DNA of 64,000 nucleotides from an uncultured Gemmatimonadota bacterium (GTDB lineage Bacteria; SM23-81; DAOVCL01): the NCBI GenBank assembly GCA_964626665.1, contig CAZVGK010000001.1:128001-192000 (forward strand), given 5' to 3'. The notes below the pieces were generated by a model. The model searched no databases, was not told the DNA's origin, and was given only the letters and a program-made list of their open reading frames with translations. The stretch's first letter is position 1, and each line of letters opens with the position of its first letter. Below, piece after piece: positions 7,495-16,305 of the stretch. The position numbers were made by a program, and so were the translations under genes.

Positions 7495-8976
7495 ATGGGA
7501 TCCTGGCAACAGTTAGCCAAGGCGACGCAAAGGCTGAGCATAGGCCAAAAGTTGGCTATGGTGGCGGTCTTTCTCCTGGTGCTTCTCAGCGTCATATTTG
7601 CCCTTCAGTGGGCAAAGAGGCCGGACTTTACCCCCCTCTATACCAATCTTTCCCCCCAGGATGCGGCCCAAATGGTGGATAAGCTGAGGTCGGCAAAAAT
7701 ACCCTATAAATTGTCCTCTGGGGGAACAGCCATTATGGTTCCCTCCAAGGATGTTTACCAAACCAGGATAAGCCTGGCCTCTGAGGGGCTTCCCCAGGCC
7801 AGCACCGTGGGGTTTGAGATCTTTGACAAGACCAACTTAGGGACTACGGACTTTGTGCAGAAGATCAACTATCACCGCGCCTTGGAGGGTGAACTCACCA
7901 GGACGATTGAGCAGTTGGCGGCAGTGCGGAGTGCCCGGGTACACCTGGTTATTCCCAACCCAAGCCTCTTTACCGAGGAGCAGAAGGAGGCTACAGCCTC
8001 TGTGGTCTTGACTATGGCCGGAGGTGGGGAGTTGGGCCGCGGCCAAGTTAAGGGGATAGCCCATCTGGTGGCCAGCTCGGTGGAGGGCCTCAAGCCCGAA
8101 AATGTAACTATCTTAGATAATTGGGGCAATATCCTCTCCGGAGGGGGGGGGGAGGACAACTCCCTCTTTGCCCTCAGCAATACCCAATTGGAGATGCAAA
8201 GGAATGTGGAGACCTACCTTTCCCATAAGGCATTGGCTATGTTGGAGAAGGCCTTAGGTGCGGGGAATGCTATAGTGAAGATGAATGTGGAGCTCGACTT
8301 CAAAAACTTAGAGAAGACGGTGGAAAGCTACGACCCGGAAAGTTCGGTGATCAGGAGCGAGGAGAGGAACGAACAGGCCACAACTACCCAAGGGGGAAAG
8401 AGCGAAAGCTCCGTTACCAATTACGAGATATCGAAGACCGTGGAGCATGTAATAGACAAGACCGGAAACATAAAGAGGCTTTGGGCAGCTGTGTTGATAA
8501 ATGGGTCATACAAATCCCAGAAGGGAAAGAAGGGCAAGGAGGTTAAGGTATACCAACCAAGGTCAGAGGAGGAGATTAGCAGGTTAACCGAAGTAGTGAA
8601 AAAGGCCGTGGGTTTTGACCCCTCTCGCGGGGATCAGATAGAGGTGGCCAATGTGCAGTTTGGCATTCCTCCGCAACTGACCCCAGTGAGCCCGAAGAGC
8701 TCACCCTTAGGAAAGTTAGGGTCAGGAATGGGAAGAAACCTCTTAATTGGGCTCGTCTTGGTTGTTGCCCTCCTTTTTCTGAAGTTGGCCCTCAAACAGT
8801 TGGGGGCCATTGCCTCCTCCCTGCAGGAGACCCCTTCATCCCCAGCTACAGAAGAGGAGAGGGAAGGTAAAGAAAAAGAAGCTAAGTATGACGCTAAAGG
8901 GCAGATAATCAGGATGGCCAATGAGAAACCGGATCAGCTTGTCTCTCTGATGAGAAGTTGGCTGACCAAAGGATAG
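7495..8976 (+). CDS. fliF: Flagellar MS-ring protein FliF
   Basis: GFEIFDK..LGTTDFVQKINYHRALEGELTRTI, ARVHLVIP, ASVVL, LVASSVEGL; two TM segments. Confidence 0.97.
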   Translation: MGSWQQLAKATQRLSIGQKLAMVAVFLLVLLSVIFALQWAKRPDFTPLYTNLSPQDAAQMVDKLRSAKIPYKLSSGGTAIMVPSKDVYQTRISLASEGLPQASTVGFEIFDKTNLGTTDFVQKINYHRALEGELTRTIEQLAAVRSARVHLVIPNPSLFTEEQKEATASVVLTMAGGGELGRGQVKGIAHLVASSVEGLKPENVTILDNWGNILSGGGGEDNSLFALSNTQLEMQRNVETYLSHKALAMLEKALGAGNAIVKMNVELDFKNLEKTVESYDPESSVIRSEERNEQATTTQGGKSESSVTNYEISKTVEHVIDKTGNIKRLWAAVLINGSYKSQKGKKGKEVKVYQPRSEEEISRLTEVVKKAVGFDPSRGDQIEVANVQFGIPPQLTPVSPKSSPLGKLGSGMGRNLLIGLVLVVALLFLKLALKQLGAIASSLQETPSSPATEEEREGKEKEAKYDAKGQIIRMANEKPDQLVSLMRSWLTKG

Positions 8977-8979
8977 GTA

Positions 8980-9999
8980 ATGGCCTTGATTAGAGGGAAA
9001 TTGAGCGGGGTTCAGAAGGCTGCCGTTCTCCTCATCACCTTAGGACCTGATACTGCCTCCCGGGTATTGAAGGAGTTTGATCAGGCAGAGGCACAGATGG
9101 TGGTTGGGGAGATAGCCAACTTAAAGGAGGTTTCCTCTGAGCTAAAGGATGAGGTGTTGGGGGAGTTTTACGAGATCAGCCAAAGGAAGAAGGAAGTAAT
9201 TGAGGGGGGAGCGGGGTTTGCCGGGGAGCTTTTGCGGAAAGCAGTTGGTGGGAAGAAAGCCCAGGGGATGCTGCGGAAAGCTATGGAGGGATATGAGATA
9301 AACCCCTTAGAGCTGATTAAAAGCACTGAGCCAGAGGAGCTTACCAAACACCTCAAGGAGGAACATCCGCAGATCATCGCCCTCCTTTTGGCCTTCCTGC
9401 CCAGGAATCTGGCCTCCCAGGTGCTCTTAAACCTCCCAGATGAGACATCCCGGGATGTAATCAAGCGGATGGCCATCACGGAGAAGATCTCCCCCCAGAT
9501 AATAGAGGAGGTGACAGACCTCTTAGGTGAGAAATTGGACACTGGTTCCGCATTAGGGGTGGAGACCTTTGATGGGGTGAAGACGGCAGCAGAGCTTTTA
9601 AGCTTCTTAGGGGCTACCACGGCCAAGGAGATACTTGACGACTTAGAGAAGGAAAATCCGGAAATGGCCCAGAAGATGCAGGAGTTCCTCTTTATGTTTG
9701 AGGATGTCGCCCTCTTAGATGATCGTTCCGTGCAGAGATTGCTCAAGGAGATCGATACCAAACAGTTGACCCTGGCCTTAAAGGCGGCCAGCGAGGAGCT
9801 AAAAAACCGTTTTCTGCAAAATATGTCGGAGAGGGCCCAGGAAGCCCTTAAGGAGGATATGGAGCTATTGGGGCCGGTGAAGGTGTCTGAGGTAGAGGAG
9901 GCCCAGAGGGCCATAGCGGCCACGGTGCGTAACCTCTCCTATGCCGGGGAGATAATCATCCCCAAAAAAGGAGGGGAGGGGGGAGATGAGTACATATAA
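8980..9999 (+). CDS. fliG: Flagellar motor switch protein FliG
   Basis: KAAVLLITLG, EHPQIIALLL, FMFEDV, NMSERA, LGPVKVSEVEEAQ. Confidence 0.97.
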   Translation: MALIRGKLSGVQKAAVLLITLGPDTASRVLKEFDQAEAQMVVGEIANLKEVSSELKDEVLGEFYEISQRKKEVIEGGAGFAGELLRKAVGGKKAQGMLRKAMEGYEINPLELIKSTEPEELTKHLKEEHPQIIALLLAFLPRNLASQVLLNLPDETSRDVIKRMAITEKISPQIIEEVTDLLGEKLDTGSALGVETFDGVKTAAELLSFLGATTAKEILDDLEKENPEMAQKMQEFLFMFEDVALLDDRSVQRLLKEIDTKQLTLALKAASEELKNRFLQNMSERAQEALKEDMELLGPVKVSEVEEAQRAIAATVRNLSYAGEIIIPKKGGEGGDEYI

Positions 10000-10600
10000 G
10001 GTAATAAAAAGCAGATTGCCTATCTCTGGGATAAGGGTGGTAGGGGGAAACCTGAACCAATCCACTTCATCCTCATCTTCGCCTCAGGAGCCGCCAAACC
10101 TTTCCCCGTCAAACAACCTTAGTTATCAGCAAGGTTTTGCGGAGGGGAAGAGGAAAGGTTTGATGTTGGGGAGAAGGGAGGTGGCCCCCCTCATCTCTAA
10201 GCTGAAGCTGATCACCAGGTCCCTTTTGCAGGCTAAAGAGGAAGTTACCAACCAAGCCCAGAGGGAGATGGTGGAGCTGGCCTTGGCTATAGCCAAGAGG
10301 GTGGTCAGGGCCAATGTCCAGATGAATAAGGAGATAGTAACCCATATGGTTAAGGAGGCCTTGCGCCGGGCTGCGGACAGGGAGAGGATCGTTATCAGGA
10401 TCAACCCCCAGGATGTAGAGGAGATAAAGGCCCAGCGCGACGAATATACGACCTCGATTGAGGGGATAGGAAGCTTGGAGATAGTGGCAGATCGGAGGGT
10501 CTCCCCGGGGGGGTGCGTGGTGGAGACCAATACCGGGAATATCGTCGCTGACCTCGATGCGCAACTTGAGGAGATAAAGGGAAAATTGATTGGGAATTGA
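9986..10600 (+). CDS. fliH: Flagellar assembly protein FliH
   Basis: GxxxG repeats (YQQGFAEGKRKG); C-terminal IRINPQD...GGCVVETNTG; lies between fliG and fliI. Confidence 0.92.
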   Translation: MSTYKVIKSRLPISGIRVVGGNLNQSTSSSSSPQEPPNLSPSNNLSYQQGFAEGKRKGLMLGRREVAPLISKLKLITRSLLQAKEEVTNQAQREMVELALAIAKRVVRANVQMNKEIVTHMVKEALRRAADRERIVIRINPQDVEEIKAQRDEYTTSIEGIGSLEIVADRRVSPGGCVVETNTGNIVADLDAQLEEIKGKLIGN

Positions 10601-10601
10601 A

Positions 10602-11963
10602 ATGGAGTTAGGGAAATATCTTAAAGCCATAGAGAGGATAGATCCCATTAAACAGAGTGGGAAGGTTACCCAGGTGGTGGGATTGCTGATAGAATCCCTG
10701 GGTCCGGCGGTCTCCGTGGGGGAGATCTGCGATTTGGTCTACAGCAGGACGGCAAAGCCGGTCAAGTCAGAGGTCGTGGGCTTCAAGGAGAGGAAAGTTC
10801 TTCTTATGCCCTTGGGACCAATGCTGGGAATTGGCCCGGGAACTGAAGCGATAGCTACCCATCAGACCCTGTCCGTGGGTGTGGGAAGGGAACTCTTGGG
10901 CAGAATCCTCGACGGTTTAGGTGAACCGATGGATGGAAAGGGACCCATAATCACCGAGCAGAGGAGATCGGTCTATGCTTCCCCCCCTCCTCCCTTGGAG
11001 AGAAGAAGGATTAAGGATCCCCTGCCCACGGGGATCAGGGCCATTGATGGGCTGCTTACCTGTGGAAAGGGCCAGAGGGTGGGGATTTTCTCCGGCAGTG
11101 GGGTGGGGAAATCCGTCCTCTTGGGAATGGTTGCCCAAAAGAGCGAGGCCGCGGTCAACGTTATCGGGCTCATCGGGGAGCGGGGAAGGGAGGTGCGGGA
11201 TTTTATAGAGAGGGACCTGGGCAGGGAAGGGTTACAGAGGTCTGTCGTTGTGGTGGCTACCTCAGATCAGCCGCCCTTGATCAGGTTGAAGGGGGCCCTG
11301 GTGGCCACCACCATAGCGGAATTCTTCCGGGATGAGGGGCTCGATGTGATGTTAATGATGGACTCGGTGACCAGAATCGCTATGGCCCAGCGGGAAATTG
11401 GGCTGGCCATTGGAGAGCCACCCACCACCAAGGGGTATACCCCATCGACTTTTGCCCTTCTCCCTCAATTTTTGGAAAGGGCGGGGAGTTCCCAGCAGGG
11501 GAGCATCACCGGCCTCTACACCATCTTGGTGGAAGGCGATGATATGAACGAACCCATCTCTGATGCCTGTCGGGCCATCCTGGATGGGCATATAGCTCTC
11601 TCCCGGAGGTTGGCCTCTCAAAATCATTATCCTGCCATCGATGTGTTAGAGAGCGTATCCCGGGTGATGATCGATGTGGTGAGGCCAGAACATATGGAGG
11701 CAGCCAAGAGGGTAATAGAGGTTCTCTCCACCTACAGGGATGCCGAAGACCTCATAAACATTGGTGCTTATGTACCAGGTTCAAACAAGAAGATAGATTA
11801 CTCCCTCTCTATGGTTGATCGCATAAACTCTTACCTCAAGCAGGATATCGAGGAGGAGACAAGATATGCCGAGGTGGTTGAGGGGTTGCTGGGGATGTTT
11901 AAGTTTAATCCCGGCCAGAAGATCCCTCCCCCTGAGGAGAGCCTGGTACAGAGGGCGAGATGA
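10602..11963 (+). CDS. fliI: Flagellar export ATPase FliI
   Basis: Walker A GSGVGKS, LIGERGREV, LMMDSVTR, GEPPTTKGY; ATG at 10602 preferred over TTG at 10590. Confidence 0.97.
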   Translation: MELGKYLKAIERIDPIKQSGKVTQVVGLLIESLGPAVSVGEICDLVYSRTAKPVKSEVVGFKERKVLLMPLGPMLGIGPGTEAIATHQTLSVGVGRELLGRILDGLGEPMDGKGPIITEQRRSVYASPPPPLERRRIKDPLPTGIRAIDGLLTCGKGQRVGIFSGSGVGKSVLLGMVAQKSEAAVNVIGLIGERGREVRDFIERDLGREGLQRSVVVVATSDQPPLIRLKGALVATTIAEFFRDEGLDVMLMMDSVTRIAMAQREIGLAIGEPPTTKGYTPSTFALLPQFLERAGSSQQGSITGLYTILVEGDDMNEPISDACRAILDGHIALSRRLASQNHYPAIDVLESVSRVMIDVVRPEHMEAAKRVIEVLSTYRDAEDLINIGAYVPGSNKKIDYSLSMVDRINSYLKQDIEEETRYAEVVEGLLGMFKFNPGQKIPPPEESLVQRAR

Positions 11964-12415
11964 AAAGGTTTAACTTTAGATTAAAAAAGGTGCTTAAACA
12001 CAGGGAGATAGTGGAAAACCTAAAAAAGGAGAAATTGGGAAAGGCCAAGTCTGAACTAAAGAGGGAGAGGGACCTGCTGAGAAAGATGGAGGACCAAAGG
12101 AGAAGGACAAGGGAGGAGCTGAAGGAGAGGCGATCAGTTCAGATTAGCCTTCCTGAGGCCTTGCTCTATGAGGCCTATTTGGAAAGGGTGGATGAGGAGG
12201 TTAACCAACAGGTGACAAAGGCCGCCCAGCTCTCCCAGAAGGTGCAGAAAACCAGGGAAGATCTCCTCCAAGCCTCCCAGGAGAAGAAGGTAGTAGAAAA
12301 GCTAAAGGAGAGAAGAGAAGAGGAATATACCAATGAGCTAAGGAGATTTGAGCAGGGGATGAGCGATGAGGCCTCAATTAACCAATTTAATCGGAAACTT
12401 AGGGGAAAGTTATGA
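11960..12415 (+). CDS. fliJ: Flagellar export chaperone FliJ
   Basis: MKRFNFRLKKVLKHRE, coiled coil, EKLKE...EQ..SDE; ATGA overlap with fliI. Confidence 0.93.
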   Translation: MKRFNFRLKKVLKHREIVENLKKEKLGKAKSELKRERDLLRKMEDQRRRTREELKERRSVQISLPEALLYEAYLERVDEEVNQQVTKAAQLSQKVQKTREDLLQASQEKKVVEKLKERREEEYTNELRRFEQGMSDEASINQFNRKLRGKL

Positions 12416-12990
12416 AGAAGTTAATTCTGAACATTTTCCTTACCGCTGGCATATTCTTGGGGATGATGATGGCCACCGGGGTGATGCAAAAGCAACTGCT
12501 GCCGGTGCTCAAGCTAAAGAAGGAGCTCAAAGAGAAGGCCACCCCAGGCCAAAAGGAGGTAGTGAGGGATACCCTTGCCGCAACGGAGAGCTCTCCTCCC
12601 GATTCGGTTTCCCAGATGCTTAAGGAGTTAGATGCCCAGAGGGAGAAGATCGCCAAGAGGTTGGCCGCCTTACAGAAAAGGGAGAAGGAGGTTGCCCAGC
12701 GGGAACAGAAGGTGGAAGGGGAACTTGCCCAATTGAAGAGTCTGAAGGAAGCGCTAAACACCACAACAAATGCCCAGGCCTCCAAGTTGGCCAAAGCATT
12801 TCAGGCTATGGATGCGGGTCAGGCGGCAAAGATAGCCAAGGATTTAGATGATCACACCCTGACTGAGTTACTCCTGCAGATCAGAGAGAGAAATGCAGCA
12901 AAGATCTTGGCAAGCTTGGACCCTTCCCGCGCCGCGCGCATCTACAAGCAGTTGAGCAGCAAAAGTCTGCAGGCGGCAAATGAACATTAG
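12412..12990 (+). CDS. MotE/YlxF-like flagellar protein (MgtE N-terminal-like domain)
   Basis: N-terminal TM helix, coiled coil, LAKAFQAMDAGQAAKI...AAKILASLDPSRAARI; conserved position between fliJ and fliK. Confidence 0.85.
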   Translation: MKKLILNIFLTAGIFLGMMMATGVMQKQLLPVLKLKKELKEKATPGQKEVVRDTLAATESSPPDSVSQMLKELDAQREKIAKRLAALQKREKEVAQREQKVEGELAQLKSLKEALNTTTNAQASKLAKAFQAMDAGQAAKIAKDLDDHTLTELLLQIRERNAAKILASLDPSRAARIYKQLSSKSLQAANEH

Positions 12991-13005
12991 ACGAATATCC
13001 ATAAG

Positions 13006-14856
13006 ATGAATGAAAGTCTATTGAACATATATAGGCCTTCTTCCTATAAGGATCTCCATCCTATAAAGAAGCAGAAGAAAGGGTCAACCGCTTTCCAAAA
13101 CCTTGTTCTGGGGCTAACCCAGGAAGGGACCGCATTTGAGGGGCAGACAAAGCCGTTCGCAGGAAGGGGAGGGAACCCCACCGGCTGCGCCCAGGAAAAC
13201 CTTAAAGGGCAATCCCACTTTGGGGCAGTCCCCTGCAAGATCTTCTCTCAGGGAGGCAAAGTTATGGGGGGAAAGGTAGTTCTCTCCCTTCTTCGGGGAA
13301 CTCAACCCAAGGCAGCAAGTGTTCCCAGCTCCCCTTCCTCCCCTCAAAAAGATGGACAAAATTCAGAGGGGGGAGGAAATCCCACCATCAGGCCAGATGG
13401 CCCCCTCTCTCCCCGGGTAAAGCCGAATTCAGTCAGGCTTTTATCCTTCTGGCCGAAAGGGAATAGAGGCAGGGGGGAAGCCGCAGATTTCCCCCTAAAA
13501 CATCCTCCTCCAACCTCACATAGTTCCCTTTCCCCCTCTCTGAATGCTAAGTTGGCCTTTTTAGGAGTGGGTTTCTCAGATCTTCCTGCCGAGACAAACC
13601 TCTTAGGCTCTCGCAGTCTGCAGCCCATTCCACCGGCTGCCCCGCTGGATCTCGTTCCCTCCCTGCGGGTGGGGCAAGCTTTCCAATTTGGCCAAGGCTT
13701 ATGGACGAACCTTTCATCCGGAGAGCTTCTGGGGGAGTGGGTGAACCCTGCCGTAAACCTAAGAAGCCAATGGGGCACCGAGGGGGGAGGAGCCCAGCAG
13801 ACTACCAATGGGTTGCCCCCCAAAGGGATATTGTCAATTGTCCAGCCAGCCCCCCCCCACCAATCCGAGAGCAAGGGGATCTCCCCGCAACCTCCAGTAA
13901 AGATAGAGGTGATGGAGGCTTCACCTTCCCAGCTCACCCTAATCCTGCACCCCCCGCAGGGTGAGGGGGAGATGCGGTTGGATGTAAACCTCTCTCAGGT
14001 GGATTCCTTCCTGAACAGGGTAGCCCTCCAATCACTTAAGGATGCCTATGGGCTGAAAGGGGGAAAGGGTGAGGTAACCGCTAAAACTGGAATGGACCCT
14101 GCTGATCAGCTTCATCTTAAACTTAGTTTAAAAAAGGGGGAAATCGTCGGGGAGATAATTACCCCCAATCCAAAGGTGAAGAGGATAGTTGAGCAAGCCT
14201 TACCTCAGGTGAAAAAGATACTCAGTCATGTGGGCATTGAGATGGATGGTCTCAAGGTCTCCTCTTCCCTTGCGCAGGGCAAGTCATCTCGGCCAGCCCA
14301 TTCCAAACCGGTGGCCTCTAATCTTCATAGCTCTCCGGGGGAAGAGCCAAAGAACTTGAAGATAAGCTTCTCCTCTCAGCCAATAAAACTGCAGACCACC
14401 CCTATGCACCACCAATCCCCAACCTCCCACCAGGTTAAGGATCTAAATAACCTCATAGAGCAGCTTATAGGAAAACTTAAGGTAAACCTGCAGCACGGGA
14501 GGTCGGAGGCTATGGTCTCCCTGAAGCCGGACTATCTGGGGCACCTGCAGATAAAGCTCACCCTGGACGGTAAAAGCATTGTAGGAAAGATACTTGTGGA
14601 CAATCCCCTGGCCAAGAGTCTCATCCAGAACTCCCTACCTCATCTGCGAAGTTCCCTGGTTAACCTGGGCATTCAGGTGGAACACCTTGATGTCTTCGTG
14701 GGAGAGAGGTTTCCCTCCCCGCAGCAGAGGTCATCCCCTAAGGGCAAAAGATATCAACCCCGTTTCTCGCCGCAGCCTCTTCTGGGGGCAGAGGCCCTCT
14801 CACCACCGTTGGGGGTGAATATGGCTGCTGGAGGGGGAGTGGACTATTTGGCTTAG
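13006..14856 (+). CDS. fliK: Flagellar hook-length control protein FliK
   Basis: Long P/S/Q/G-rich N-terminus; C-terminal LKPDYLGHLQIKL...LPHLRSSL..LGI; ends GVDYLA; precedes flgD. Confidence 0.88.
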   Translation: MNESLLNIYRPSSYKDLHPIKKQKKGSTAFQNLVLGLTQEGTAFEGQTKPFAGRGGNPTGCAQENLKGQSHFGAVPCKIFSQGGKVMGGKVVLSLLRGTQPKAASVPSSPSSPQKDGQNSEGGGNPTIRPDGPLSPRVKPNSVRLLSFWPKGNRGRGEAADFPLKHPPPTSHSSLSPSLNAKLAFLGVGFSDLPAETNLLGSRSLQPIPPAAPLDLVPSLRVGQAFQFGQGLWTNLSSGELLGEWVNPAVNLRSQWGTEGGGAQQTTNGLPPKGILSIVQPAPPHQSESKGISPQPPVKIEVMEASPSQLTLILHPPQGEGEMRLDVNLSQVDSFLNRVALQSLKDAYGLKGGKGEVTAKTGMDPADQLHLKLSLKKGEIVGEIITPNPKVKRIVEQALPQVKKILSHVGIEMDGLKVSSSLAQGKSSRPAHSKPVASNLHSSPGEEPKNLKISFSSQPIKLQTTPMHHQSPTSHQVKDLNNLIEQLIGKLKVNLQHGRSEAMVSLKPDYLGHLQIKLTLDGKSIVGKILVDNPLAKSLIQNSLPHLRSSLVNLGIQVEHLDVFVGERFPSPQQRSSPKGKRYQPRFSPQPLLGAEALSPPLGVNMAAGGGVDYLA

Positions 14857-14877
14857 CCCCCCATAGAAGAGCGAAAA

Positions 14878-15117
14878 CAATCAATTAGCAATGAACAATT
14901 ATCAATGGAAAAGGAAACTGCAGGATTTTCCCTCTTTCAAAAGAAAGAGGTGGTAGAACCCCGATTCTGCCACCTACCGCCGTCAGATGAGGGCATCTGA
15001 CGGCTCAGTCTAAATTTCCATTTTCCATCACTCAGGGCTCTGCCCTAACGGCACAGGAAAGTTTCATTTTTAATTCTTAATTGCTTTTTTCCGTGAGCTT
15101 CCGTGGTAAACTGTTAG
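14878..15117. repeat. Composite intergenic repeats (CAATTA heptamer element, GGCAGAAC-type palindrome, ccgtggt-type element)
   Basis: 14878-14940 is the reverse complement of the element at about 22530-22580; 15059-15117 is the reverse complement of 46160-46224. Confidence 0.8.
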
Positions 15118-15160
15118 CCCTCAACAATGAAACCCAAATTTAGAAAGGAGGTGAAAAGAG

Positions 15161-15823
15161 ATGAGCAGCGAAATCATTGCTCCCCTTAGTTCCACAGGCG
15201 ATCAAACCTCTTACTTTACGGGGGGCGCGACCCTGGGGAAGGAGGATTTCCTCAAGCTCCTGATCATACAGCTTCAATATCAGGATCCCCTAAGCCCTAT
15301 GGAGAACACGGACTTTATGGCTCAACTTGCCCAATTCAGTAGCTTGGAACAGCTCCAGAATGTAAACTCCAATCTCCAGGCGAACTTTCTCCTCACCCAA
15401 TCCCTGAACAACTCCTTGGCCACTAACCTGATCGGGAAGAGGGTCATTGCCCAGGGCAACCAGGTTTACTTAGCGGGAGATGAGGGGGAGGAGATAACCT
15501 TTGCCCTGGCCGCCGACGCTGGGGTCACCGTAGAGGTCTACGATGCCGCTGGAAACCTGGTGAAGACTCTCAAGGGTGGTGCCCTCTCCTCCGGGAGAAA
15601 CCAAATCCACTGGGACGGTAAGGACAGTGATGGCAACCAACTTCCCCCTGGCAACTACACCTACAAGCTTACGGCTACCGACTCCGATGGGAATTCGGTG
15701 GATGTAACCACCTATAGCACAGGGCTGATCGGTGGGGTCAGGTTCCAGGACGGCAATGCCGTTCTCATAATGGGAGACCAGGAAATTAACCTCTCCGATA
15801 TAGTGGAGATTCTTACTCCATAG
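15161..15823 (+). CDS. flgD: Flagellar hook capping protein FlgD
   Basis: LGKEDFLKLLIIQLQYQDPLSPMENTDFMAQLAQFSSLEQL; Ig domain WDGKDSDG; SD AAGGAGGT. Confidence 0.97.
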   Translation: MSSEIIAPLSSTGDQTSYFTGGATLGKEDFLKLLIIQLQYQDPLSPMENTDFMAQLAQFSSLEQLQNVNSNLQANFLLTQSLNNSLATNLIGKRVIAQGNQVYLAGDEGEEITFALAADAGVTVEVYDAAGNLVKTLKGGALSSGRNQIHWDGKDSDGNQLPPGNYTYKLTATDSDGNSVDVTTYSTGLIGGVRFQDGNAVLIMGDQEINLSDIVEILTP

Positions 15824-15839
15824 GGAAGGAGGTGATGAG

Positions 15840-16226
15840 ATGGTCGATATAATCCACGGTGCTCCAGTTAACCCTTTAACTTCTCCCCCTTCACAGGGGA
15901 GGAGGCCCCAGCTACCCAACAATTCTCAAGCCTTTCGCCAGATCCTCAGCAAAAAGATAGAAGAAGGGAACTACAATTTGAGATTCTCCTCCCATGCAAT
16001 GCAGAGGCTGGTGGCCCGGGGCATAAACTTAACCTCTTATGACCTGAATAGGGTTGACGGCGCTGTGGAGAGGGCAAAAGCAAAGGGGGCCAAGGACTCG
16101 CTGGTTCTTCTTGGCGATCTGGCCTTTTTAGTGAGTGTGGAAAACAGAACAGTTATCACCGCCCTGGTGGGCTCCTCCCTGAGGGAGAAGATCTTTACCC
16201 ACATTGATAGTGCGGTGATAGCTTAA
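15840..16226 (+). CDS. Flagellar operon protein, TIGR02530 family
   Basis: LRFSSHAMQRLVARGI...KGAKDSLVL...VSVENRTVITA...IFTHIDSAVI; lies between flgD and flgE. Confidence 0.92.
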   Translation: MVDIIHGAPVNPLTSPPSQGRRPQLPNNSQAFRQILSKKIEEGNYNLRFSSHAMQRLVARGINLTSYDLNRVDGAVERAKAKGAKDSLVLLGDLAFLVSVENRTVITALVGSSLREKIFTHIDSAVIA

Positions 16227-16228
16227 AA

Positions 16229-16283
16229 CTGGGCTGGACCCCCATAGGGGAAGCCCAGGGTTGCCGAACGACGGAGGCAACCC
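16229..16283 (+). ncRNA. Putative cis-regulatory two-hairpin RNA in the flgE leader
   Basis: CTGGGCT-GGAC-CCCC-ATA-GGGG-A-AGCCCAG followed by GGGTTGCC-GAACGACGGA-GGCAACCC; no U-tract. Confidence 0.55.
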
Positions 16284-16305
16284 AGGAAAAAGGGGGTAAT
16301 TTAAG

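Noticed and set aside
15161-15823. Similarity of cargo CTDs (WDG.D..G....G.Y) to FlgD suggesting flagellar export of cargo
   Set aside because: Known shared FlgD-Ig fold; the cargo proteins have Sec signal peptides, which is incompatible with flagellar type III export.
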